Of a stretch of DNA of 53,837 nucleotides, positions 1 to 7,951 are shown piece by piece. Within the stretch, counting starts at the first letter, position 1. Every line of letters begins with the position of its first letter. The translations under genes were made by a program, and so were the position numbers. Source of the stretch: an uncultured Eubacteriales bacterium (GTDB lineage Bacteria > Acidobacteriota > Aminicenantia > Aminicenantales > Aminicenantaceae). The notes beneath the pieces were generated by a model. The model searched no databases, had not been told where the DNA came from, and saw only the letters and a list, made by a program, of their open reading frames with translations. The DNA is taken from NCBI GenBank assembly GCA_964445575.1, contig CAYULB010000004.1, positions 21,631-75,467 on the forward strand, read 5' to 3'.

Positions 1-2
1 CC

Positions 3-1037
3 TGGGCCCAGGATAATTCAGGGGCCTATTACCTGATGGCTGAAAAGGGAGTGGCTAATATTTATTTCATATCCTTGGATGGAAAAATTGATAAAATCAC
101 CCAGGGAAACCACTATCTCTCAGGCTTATCCATGGCTGAAAACGGACAGATCGCGGCCACCCGCTCCACTTTTTACCGGCCGGGATATCTGGTGACCTTC
201 AGCCTCCAGGAACCGGAAAAAATGCGCGAACTCGTGGATGTCAATCAAGATGTGCTGGAGGATGTTAAGCTGGGAGAAGCGGAAGAGATGTGGTTCAAAT
301 CCCCGGATAATCTGAATCTTCAGGGATGGCTCATCAAGCCCGCTGAATTCCAAGAGGGCAAAAAATATCCCATGCTTCTCTGGATCCACGGAGGTCCCTG
401 GGCCATGTATTCCGTGCGGTTCAACTGGGCCTGGCAGAACTTTGCAGCTAATGGATACGCTGTTTTGTACATGAATCCCAGAGGAAGCACAGGCTACGGA
501 CAGGACTTTGTGAACGGCATTCACTATTCCTACCCTGGAAAAGACTTAGATGACCTGATGGCTGGAGTGGATAAAGCCATCTCCAAAGGCTTTATCGACG
601 AAGACAATCTTTTTGTGTGCGGCGGAAGCGGCGGAGGCGTTTTAACAGCCTGGATCGTAGGCCATACCGACCGGTTCACAGCAGCTGTTTCCATGCGCCC
701 GGTCATTAACTGGCACTCCTTTGTGGGCACCACTGACGGAGCTTCCTGGTACCGGCAGTTTAAAAAATACCCCTGGGAAGACCCCATGGAATATGCGGTC
801 CGCTCACCACTTCACTATGTAGAAAATGTCACAACACCCACCATGGTCATGACCGGGGAGGCAGACTTAAGGACTCCCATTTCCCAGAGTGAAGAATACT
901 ACAGAGCACTCAAAATGCTCAAAAAAGACACACTTTTGGTGCGGATGCCCGATGAGTATCATGGCTGGAGGCGGCCTTCCCACAGACTTCTGCAGCAGCT
1001 TTACTTGATGAGTTGGTTTGAAAAATACAAAAAATAA
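3..1037 (+). CDS. S9 family (prolyl oligopeptidase / dipeptidyl aminopeptidase) serine peptidase, 5' end outside the window
   Basis: HGGP, NPRGSTGYG, nucleophile motif GGSGGG, D(LRTP) and EYHG triad motifs. The frame is open from base 3, so ATG 36 is probably internal. Confidence 0.9.
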   Translation, partial: WAQDNSGAYYLMAEKGVANIYFISLDGKIDKITQGNHYLSGLSMAENGQIAATRSTFYRPGYLVTFSLQEPEKMRELVDVNQDVLEDVKLGEAEEMWFKSPDNLNLQGWLIKPAEFQEGKKYPMLLWIHGGPWAMYSVRFNWAWQNFAANGYAVLYMNPRGSTGYGQDFVNGIHYSYPGKDLDDLMAGVDKAISKGFIDEDNLFVCGGSGGGVLTAWIVGHTDRFTAAVSMRPVINWHSFVGTTDGASWYRQFKKYPWEDPMEYAVRSPLHYVENVTTPTMVMTGEADLRTPISQSEEYYRALKMLKKDTLLVRMPDEYHGWRRPSHRLLQQLYLMSWFEKYKK

Positions 1038-2215
1038 TGCCGCCCAGAGAAAATTCCTGTGATGTTCTCATCATAGGGGGCGGAATCATCGGATGCGCGG
1101 CCGCTTATTTTTTGTTAAGCGCTGAGCCAAATCTCAAAGTCTGCATTGTTGAAAAAGACCTGACTTATTCTCAGGCATCCACCCCTCTTTCCCTGGCTAA
1201 TGTGCGCATCCAGTTCAGCTTGAAGCAGAATATTGAAATTTCACAGTACACCCATGAATTTATAAAGGATTTCCCTGAAAAAATGGCAGTCAAAGGTGAA
1301 AAGCCTGACCTCTGCTTCCGCCGCGAAGGAAATCTCTTTCTCATAGACTCCAAAAACAAAGACAGCGCGCTCAAAGACCTGAAGCTTCAAAAAGAGATGG
1401 ACTGCCGGGTGGACTGGCTGGAAGCGCAAGAGATTGAATCCAAGTTTCCTCATTATTCAGCTCAAAACACAGAAGGGGGCACCTGGAGCCCTAATGACGG
1501 GTATCTGGATCCTCATTCATTCCTGAATGGGTTCAAGCAAAAAGCCTGTTCTCTGGGTGCTCAGCTAATCGAGGATCGAGCTGTCAAACTCCTTAAGAAT
1601 AAAAAAAGGATCCAGGGGGCCCGACTCCATTCCGGACAGACCATCTTCTCTCTATGTGTGATCAATGCCACAGGCGCCTGGGCTGCGGAATTAGCTCGAA
1701 CCGCTTCCGTCTCTCTTCCCATCAAACCCGTCAAACGCCAGGTCTTTGCGCTGGATCCTGCGGAAAAATCCCCATCCCCTCTTCCTTTGACCATACTCCC
1801 TTCAGGCCTTTATTTCCGTACTGAAACCGGAGACAAAATCCTGGCAGGACGATCCTTTGCTGATGACCCGGAAGGCATTGATTTTTCCTGGGACCCGGAG
1901 GTGTTTAGAGAAAGGCTTTGGCCGGAACTTGCGGAATTTGTGCCCTCCTTTGACCGGCTGAGGATCGAGCGGGGCTGGGCAGGGCTTTATGCGGTCAACA
2001 CCCTGGATGAAAACGCTGTTTTGGGAGAATGGCCGGAACTCAAAGGATTTTTCCTGGCCAATGGATTCTCCGGACACGGCCTGCAGCAGGCACCGGCTGT
2101 GGGCCGTTACATCGCAGAACTCATTTTGGGGAAAGACCCGGCGCTAGACCTGTCCATCTTCAGCCCCCAGCGCATCCTGGAATCCCAGCCCATCCTTGAG
2201 TCCGCCATCATCTAA
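1037..2215 (+). CDS. FAD-dependent oxidoreductase, DAO/glycine oxidase/sarcosine oxidase-like
   Basis: N-terminal GGGIIG Rossmann motif, VINATGAWA, WAGLY, C-terminal GFSGHGLQQAP; overlaps the upstream stop by 1 nt. Confidence 0.85.
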   Translation: MPPRENSCDVLIIGGGIIGCAAAYFLLSAEPNLKVCIVEKDLTYSQASTPLSLANVRIQFSLKQNIEISQYTHEFIKDFPEKMAVKGEKPDLCFRREGNLFLIDSKNKDSALKDLKLQKEMDCRVDWLEAQEIESKFPHYSAQNTEGGTWSPNDGYLDPHSFLNGFKQKACSLGAQLIEDRAVKLLKNKKRIQGARLHSGQTIFSLCVINATGAWAAELARTASVSLPIKPVKRQVFALDPAEKSPSPLPLTILPSGLYFRTETGDKILAGRSFADDPEGIDFSWDPEVFRERLWPELAEFVPSFDRLRIERGWAGLYAVNTLDENAVLGEWPELKGFFLANGFSGHGLQQAPAVGRYIAELILGKDPALDLSIFSPQRILESQPILESAII

Positions 2216-2273
2216 AAACAGTGCCGTCTTACCCGTTTACCCTATTTTTTCATCCCAATCTTAATCCAAATAT

Positions 2274-2313
2274 CGTTGAATATTTCACAACAATTGTTGT
2301 ACAAAATACAACA
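2274..2313. promoter_or_regulatory. Tandem palindromic operator-like sites
   Basis: CGTTGAA-N5-CACAACA (2274-2292) and perfect TGTTGTA-N5-TACAACA (2295-2313), 21-bp period. Confidence 0.45.
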
Positions 2314-2553
2314 AAATAATTTCCTACTCAGATTGGCTTCAGATACAGTCATCTTTACCTTTCCAAAAATAAATAAATGCCCAAATCACTTATTATTCTC
2401 ACCTATCCATTATTGATAAATTTCAGTCTGTTCAAAAATCAGCTCATCATTTTTTTTACATCAGATAATGGTAAAATATATTTATGAATTGGGAAGATAC
2501 GTTTATGAACATCATTTATCGATTCCTGATTTCTCGGATATTTTACTCTGGTC

Positions 2554-2621
2554 TTGACAATTCATCAGAAAAATATATATTATATTTCTATAACTTGCCA
2601 ATAATGGTAGGAAATAGAAAT
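2554..2621 (+). promoter_or_regulatory. Putative sigma70 promoter and autoregulatory inverted repeat of the abiE operon
   Basis: TTGACA at 2554-2559 with TATATT/TATTAT 16-18 nt downstream. Inverted repeat 2584-2600 / 2605-2621 (13 of 17 matching) runs into the start codon. Confidence 0.55.
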
Positions 2622-3261
2622 GATTTATGGAGAATTGATAGATCTCTTCGGAGACAGACCGTTTTTTGAAAGTGATGAAGTCCACATCCTCTTCAAAGAA
2701 CCCCGGGGACAAATAGAAGCACGCCTCTCACGTTGGGTGAGTAAGGGAAAACTGCTGAAACTCCGAAACAAGAAATACCTTCTTCCCGAAAGATATCGAA
2801 AGACTGAACCTAATCCTGGCTATATCTCTAATTTTTTATACAGGCCATCTTACGTCAGTTTAAGAACAGCTCTTGATATTTACGGATTTATTCCCGAATC
2901 AACCTATCTGTACGAAGCTATCACTCCAAAGAAAACAGCTGTCTGGAAAACACCTATAGGTATTTTCACGTATCATTCCTTAAGAAGGGAGAGGTTCTGG
3001 GGATACACCTTGTATCCGGAAACAAGAAGCACTCATTCCCAGGAAAATTTCATGCTGGCAGAACCAGAAAAGGTTTTTCTTGACCTTTTTTATCTCATCA
3101 AAGGAGAATGGACTGAGGAGAGAATTGTGGAGATGAGGTTCCAAAATCTGGAGAAAGTCAAAAGAGCAAAACTTCTTGATTACTCAAGGCGTTTCAACAG
3201 CCCTAAAGCAAACAGAGGGATCCATCGGTTCATAAGGATTCACAAAGAGGAAATAGAATGA
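2620..3261 (+). CDS. Type IV toxin-antitoxin antitoxin, AbiEi-like
   Basis: N-terminal wHTH-like LSRWVSKGKLLKLR, PSYVSLRTAL..YGFIPE, AEPEKVFLD; 4-nt overlap with the AbiEii-like gene. Confidence 0.8.
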   Translation: MIYGELIDLFGDRPFFESDEVHILFKEPRGQIEARLSRWVSKGKLLKLRNKKYLLPERYRKTEPNPGYISNFLYRPSYVSLRTALDIYGFIPESTYLYEAITPKKTAVWKTPIGIFTYHSLRRERFWGYTLYPETRSTHSQENFMLAEPEKVFLDLFYLIKGEWTEERIVEMRFQNLEKVKRAKLLDYSRRFNSPKANRGIHRFIRIHKEEIE

Positions 3262-4058
3262 AAGAACAGGCTTTATCCATAGCAGCAGAGGAAAAAGATC
3301 CCCGGCTTTCTCTTAATAAATTAAGAGAATATCTTCATCATGTGATTCTTAGAGAACTGTTTGAACAGAACGTACTTGATGAACTCGTTTTTCACAGGGG
3401 CACAGCCTTAAAAATCCTTTATGATTTGAGAAGGTTTTCAGAAGATTTGTATTTTCACTTAAAAGAGAAGGGCCCTTTTAATTTAAAAAGCATTGCCCAA
3501 AAGATAAAAAAACATTTGGAAATGCAGGGCTATCAGTTGAGTTTAAAAGGAAGCTCTGCAGGTACAGTTCAATCCGTTTTTATCAAATTTGAGAGAATCC
3601 TTGATCAAGCTCATCTTACAAGCCAGAGAAGAGAAAAATTCAGAATAAAAATCGAAGTGGATACGAATCCTCCCCAAGGATTTCGCACAGAATCCTCTTT
3701 AGTGCATAAATACTTGCCGTTCGGGGTTATCCATCATGATAAAACTTCATTCCTTGCAGGAAAATTACATGCTATCCTTCAACGTTCTTATACCAAAGGA
3801 AGGGATTATTATGATCTCTGGTTTTATCTGAGCAAATGGAAGGATATTCTTCCTAATCTTCTATACCTCAATAATGCGCTCAAACAAACAGGTTTTAAAA
3901 GGTCCACTCTCAAAAAAGAAAACTGGAAACAAATCACTGCGGAAAGAATGAAAGAAACGGATTGGGATTATGTGGTAAATGATGTCAAGCCCTTTCTTGA
4001 AAACCAGAATGACATAAAAATTTTCACTAAACAGACTCTCCTAACACTGCTCAGCTAA
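3258..4058 (+). CDS. AbiEii/AbiGii-family nucleotidyltransferase toxin, probably catalytically impaired
   Basis: FHRGTAL..Y..RFSEDLYF (family consensus F-x-GGTAL and RFSEDLDF), IKIEVD, KLHA, KGRDYYDL. Confidence 0.8.
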   Translation: MKEQALSIAAEEKDPRLSLNKLREYLHHVILRELFEQNVLDELVFHRGTALKILYDLRRFSEDLYFHLKEKGPFNLKSIAQKIKKHLEMQGYQLSLKGSSAGTVQSVFIKFERILDQAHLTSQRREKFRIKIEVDTNPPQGFRTESSLVHKYLPFGVIHHDKTSFLAGKLHAILQRSYTKGRDYYDLWFYLSKWKDILPNLLYLNNALKQTGFKRSTLKKENWKQITAERMKETDWDYVVNDVKPFLENQNDIKIFTKQTLLTLLS

Positions 4059-4091
4059 AAGAGGGATATTTCTTTTATCCTCCTTATTTTG

Positions 4092-4250
4092 TTAATAAGG
4101 GATATCACCTTTAACCTCAGTGCTCACGGTAAAAAACTGATAATCTTCATAATGAACCGTGATTTCGGTCCGGTTGTAAAGCCTTCTTTTGTTGTGATAG
4201 TAAGCTTCAATAAGTGAGTACTTATTGGGGAATCTTATGGCTTTAGCTTT
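4092..4250 (-). pseudogene. C-terminal gene fragment of an unidentified protein
   Basis: 53 open codons (KAKAIRFPNKYSLIEAYY...YEDYQFFTVSTEVKGDIPY*) preceded directly by an in-frame TAA, with no start codon. Confidence 0.4.
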
Positions 4251-4301
4251 TTATATAGTTTCCATCTTTGCTATCAAATTATAGCAATCGCAGTACTTAT
4301 A

Positions 4302-4471
4302 TTAATTTGAAATCTTCTCTTCCTCAACCATCTCATACTGATAGACTTTGGCCTCACTGTAATTCAGGAGCAGATGCTGGTTTCCATAGGCCCAGAGGCA
4401 ATCAAAACAAAAGCTTAAAAACAAACAATAAAGATAATAAGAAGGATTTTGTTTCCCTCTTTCATTTTCAT
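4302..4471 (-). pseudogene. Frameshifted remnant of an exported protein
   Basis: GAGGA RBS then MKMKEGNKILLIIFIVCF* whose hydrophobic stretch continues in another frame (SFCFDCLWAYGN...). Confidence 0.35.
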
Positions 4472-4592
4472 TTTTTATCCTCAACATGATACTTGACCAC
4501 ATCCACTGTTCCTTCCTCATTGTATTCTCTAAAGAATAAAGAGTTCTTATGTGTCGCGATAAGCGTTCCTCTCACATTCGGACGTTTGGTTT

Positions 4593-4686
4593 TAAATTGT
4601 AAATTGGGGTTGTAAATTGGGGTCGGGCCCGTGTAAATTGTGTAAATTGGGTATGTAAATTGGTAAATTGGGGTCGGGCCCGGCTA
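4593..4686 (+). repeat. Stutter array of truncated TGTAAATTGGGGTCGGGCCCG units ending in core GGGGTCGGGCCCGGCTA
   Basis: Six or seven units of 5-24 nt read directly; core at 4670-4686 is identical to 53816-53832. Confidence 0.85.
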
Positions 4687-4786
4687 TTTCCTTAAATTAC
4701 AGTAACATAGGTAGAGATTTCCACAATATTAATCCCTAATAAGAGATTCATTATGAGGACAAAATATCCCTCTTATAGATTGATTG

Positions 4787-4816
4787 TTGACCCCTCCTGC
4801 CTGTAATTTGTATAAT
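4787..4816 (+). promoter_or_regulatory. Putative sigma70 promoter
   Basis: TTGACC-N18-TATAAT upstream of an AAGGAG RBS and the small membrane ORF. Confidence 0.4.
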
Positions 4817-4965
4817 GATTTATAAAATGGGGTTAGATAATGTGAGATCAATAAAACAAAATAATGAAACACAATTCAAACCCAAAGGAGAACCGCCCAT
4901 GAAAAAAGCATTATCACCTATCATCAGTAATCCTAATATTCTTCACTTATAGTTAGCCATAGGCG

Positions 4966-5250
4966 ATGGACACCGCTTCTTTTAAGAAAATTTTAATCGG
5001 CATCATTGTCTTTTTGGCAACCTGGTTTGTGAGTGTGATACTCGTCTTTGTGGCTGTTATTGTTATTAGTTTCGCTCTTCGCAATCATCCTTCCATGAAT
5101 CTTGAGATGGGTTGGATAGCTGTGATTATATTGATTCCACCCGTCGCTGGAACAATCCTCTCCATCCCTCTGTCGATTTTTATAATAAAAAAGACAAACA
5201 AAAAGATAGAAACAAAAAAGTTTAGAAATTCGTCCCCAAAGAGAAGTTAA
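4966..5250 (+). CDS. Small hypothetical membrane protein (2 TM helices, basic tail)
   Basis: Two hydrophobic stretches followed by a Lys-rich C-terminus. Confidence 0.5.
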   Translation: MDTASFKKILIGIIVFLATWFVSVILVFVAVIVISFALRNHPSMNLEMGWIAVIILIPPVAGTILSIPLSIFIIKKTNKKIETKKFRNSSPKRS

Positions 5251-5343
5251 AATTCCGACAGGGCCGGGGTATTCCTGAACTGTAGGGTCGGTACCGACGA
5301 TCTGTTAGGTTTTCAATGCCTGCACTCAAAAAAGGTTGAAGCA

Positions 5344-5634
5344 TCACATGCCGTATCTTTTATTGAATATGTCTTGGTTTTTCTGAAAGGAATGGAAAAC
5401 TTCATGAAAGAGCAAATTATAGAAGCTTTCCTCGCTCATGTCTTGGTCAATCATAAAAACAGAGGTTCTGTGACCCTCGTATTCCAAGGAGGTGTTGCTA
5501 AAAAAATCATCCGGTTTTTTTGGTGAATGATACAACACAAATTGGTGTATTTTTTTATCTGTTTTTTGGAAAAGATCCCCAGGGGATGGATGGTTGATAG
5601 AAGTATGAAGATCCAAACCTGCAAAATATCTCAT
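5344..5634 (-). pseudogene. Probable fragment of an HExxH zinc metallopeptidase-like protein
   Basis: LFHEVFHSFQ motif close to the end of a 96-aa ORF, too short for a complete domain. Confidence 0.4.
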
Positions 5635-5727
5635 GCATTACCTTCTTAATTGAATACATGTTGCAATATACTCAGAACTTTGAAGGAAGTCTTTGCCTTC
5701 TAGATGATTATCGGTTTACTTATTCAC

Positions 5728-7461
5728 CTATTTTTTAGAGTAAACCACTTTTCCGCCCACAATGGTGTAGAGAACTTCAGCTTCCAGGATCTCATCTTCA
5801 GGAACTGTCATGATGTCTTTGGACAGCACTGTGATATCCGCCAGCTTACCTGGAGTTAAGGAACCCAGCACATCTTCCTGAAACGAAGCATAAGCCCCAT
5901 TTATAGTGTAGGAGCGCAGGGCCTGTTCCCTGGTCATTCTCTGGTCCGGATAGAAAGTTTCCCCGCTGTTCATCTCGCGGGTCACAGAAGCATGAAAGCA
6001 TGGAATGGGATCCACATCTTCGACCGGCGCATCAGTCCCGTTGCAGATGAGAGCTCCTGTATCCATGAGCTTCTGCCACACATAAGCTCCCTCTTCAGCC
6101 CGCTCTTCACCCAAACGTTTAAACACCCAGGGTCCATCCGATACACAATGAATGGCCTGCATGGATGCGATCACATCCAGCTCTCCAAACCTGGATATGT
6201 CTTGCGCACTCAGATGCTGGGCATGCTCCACCCTCCATCTCAGGTCTTCTTTATCCGGATGAGCTTTAAACGCTTCCTCATAGACATCCAGCACTTCTCG
6301 ATCGGCGCGGTCTCCTATGGCATGGATGTTGAGCTGAAAATCATTCTCAATGGCGATCCGGGCGGTTTCCCTGATGGTCTCCACTGGAGTGGTGTTCAAT
6401 CCGGTGCTGGAGGGAAGGTCTTTATAAGGCTCCAGCAGCCAGGCTCCGTGAGCACCCAAGGCTCCGTCTATGAGCCGCTTGATGGAGCGTACAGTCAGAT
6501 GATGGTCTCCCACACCAAGGAGTCTGTATTCAGCGAGTTTTTCCGGAGTGAGAGCATCGTTTCCTTCTCTGATCATGACATAAAGGCGGATGCCCAGTTT
6601 TCCCTGCTCGGCAAACTCCTTAAAAAGGTCAATGGTGCTGAAAGATGCGCCCGCATCATGAAGGGAGGTGATTCCTTTAGACAGGCATTCTTTATCAGCC
6701 AGCTCCACCACTTTTCTCCGGTTCTCTTCGGTCTGCTCGTCAGTCCTTTGTTCCAGAGACATGTAATAAGCACTCCGTACCAATCCCTGCGCGGTTTCTC
6801 TGAAACTGCCGATGGGGTTTCCTTCCGGATCCCTCACGATCTCCCCTCCCTCAGGGGCTGTGGTCTCTTTTGTCACTCCGGCCAGCTCCATGGCTTTAGC
6901 ATTGACCATACAGGAATGCCCGCTGGCATGGGTGAGCATCACCGGATTATCAGGGCTGACTTCACTCAGAGCATCATGATAAGGGAGCCCGTCCACATTG
7001 GGCTGGGGAGTTTTATCCCATTTTTCCTGATGCCATCCCCGGCCAAGGATCCATTCCCCCGGTTCTGATTCTTCAACTTCCTTTTTCACCATGGAGACGA
7101 TTTCTTCCCAGCTCTCCACATGCATCAGATCCAGAGACATGGCTGCCTGTCCGATGCTGGTGAAATGAGCGTGGCTGTCAATAAAACCAGGAACTGCCAG
7201 CTTTCCATCCAGGTCTATGACCTCCGTGTTTTCTCCGATATAAGCTTCGATCTCCTCCTCACTGCACAAAGCTTTGATTTTCCCATCGCTGACAGCCAGA
7301 GCTGTAACTTCTGGTTTGTCCTCATCCAGGGTTACGATATTTCCGTTTCTCAGCACAAAATCAGCCAGCTCTTCTTTAGGAGCGCATGAGAAAAAAGAAC
7401 CCAACAAACAAAATCCCAAAGCAAAAACGAAAATCTTTAAATAAGACTTTTGAATCATCAC
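5728..7461 (-). CDS. Amidohydrolase 3 family (YtcJ-like), lipoprotein
   Basis: Lipobox FFSC; PGFIDSHAH, HAIGD, EHAQ, GTDAPVE, GKLAD motifs. Confidence 0.9.
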   Translation of the reverse strand: MMIQKSYLKIFVFALGFCLLGSFFSCAPKEELADFVLRNGNIVTLDEDKPEVTALAVSDGKIKALCSEEEIEAYIGENTEVIDLDGKLAVPGFIDSHAHFTSIGQAAMSLDLMHVESWEEIVSMVKKEVEESEPGEWILGRGWHQEKWDKTPQPNVDGLPYHDALSEVSPDNPVMLTHASGHSCMVNAKAMELAGVTKETTAPEGGEIVRDPEGNPIGSFRETAQGLVRSAYYMSLEQRTDEQTEENRRKVVELADKECLSKGITSLHDAGASFSTIDLFKEFAEQGKLGIRLYVMIREGNDALTPEKLAEYRLLGVGDHHLTVRSIKRLIDGALGAHGAWLLEPYKDLPSSTGLNTTPVETIRETARIAIENDFQLNIHAIGDRADREVLDVYEEAFKAHPDKEDLRWRVEHAQHLSAQDISRFGELDVIASMQAIHCVSDGPWVFKRLGEERAEEGAYVWQKLMDTGALICNGTDAPVEDVDPIPCFHASVTREMNSGETFYPDQRMTREQALRSYTINGAYASFQEDVLGSLTPGKLADITVLSKDIMTVPEDEILEAEVLYTIVGGKVVYSKK

Positions 7462-7576
7462 TCAAACTCCTTTCCCCATATTATTAAAATTTTTTGAATC
7501 ATTCTCTGTCCATTCAGTTTAAATAAAAAGCATGAAATTTTAAAGTTTTATTTCATATTTTATTTCATTTTATATC

Positions 7577-7605
7577 TTCACTTTAAAAAATGATTCTGTT
7601 AGAAT
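7577..7605 (+). promoter_or_regulatory. Putative sigma70 promoter for the pilZ-amidase genes
   Basis: TTCACT-N17-TAGAAT with extended -10 TG. Confidence 0.35.
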
Positions 7606-7626
7606 TCACTTCTGGCTTATTTAAAA

Positions 7627-7923
7627 ATGGAAAAAAAGACAGCCCTTAAAAACAGAGACCCGAGAGAAACGCTGCGTGTGGATACGGTACAAAGGGTCAG
7701 TTTTATTACTGATTCTCTGGCCCACGGAGAAGGTTTCTCTCAAAACCTCAGTGAAAAGGGATGCTGTCTTTTTCTGAATCAGGAAATCCCTGAAGGCTCC
7801 TTGATTGAAATCACGTTCGAAAGGCTCGGCCAAAACAATCAGAACGTGAGAATCATCGGGAGAGTCATCTGGCAGAAAGACTATCTGTCCGGGATCAAAT
7901 TCATTCCTGATGCTCGGGGTTAA
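7627..7923 (+). CDS. Stand-alone PilZ domain protein (c-di-GMP receptor)
   Basis: RETLR (RxxxR) and NLSEKG ((D/N)xSxxG) motifs, GRVIW, GIKF. Confidence 0.8.
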   Translation: MEKKTALKNRDPRETLRVDTVQRVSFITDSLAHGEGFSQNLSEKGCCLFLNQEIPEGSLIEITFERLGQNNQNVRIIGRVIWQKDYLSGIKFIPDARG

Positions 7924-7951
7924 CAGAATATTTTTCTATGTATGAATAAAG

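Noticed and set aside
2484-2712. Short ORFs 2484-2669 (+) and 2512-2712 (-)
   Set aside because: They overlap the abiE promoter and abiEi start, are AT-rich and have no motifs.
4593-4686. CRISPR array
   Set aside because: No constant-length repeats separated by unique spacers; units are nested truncations of one sequence, and no cas operon is present.
4930-5312. Integron cassette (GTTAGCC before and GTTAGGT after the small membrane ORF)
   Set aside because: No matching RYYYAAC inverse core or attC-like dyad could be identified, and no integrase is present.
5992-7068. 358-aa plus-strand ORF
   Set aside because: Antisense shadow of the well-supported amidohydrolase, with no recognisable motifs. 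The same applies to the other short ORFs nested in or opposite real genes.
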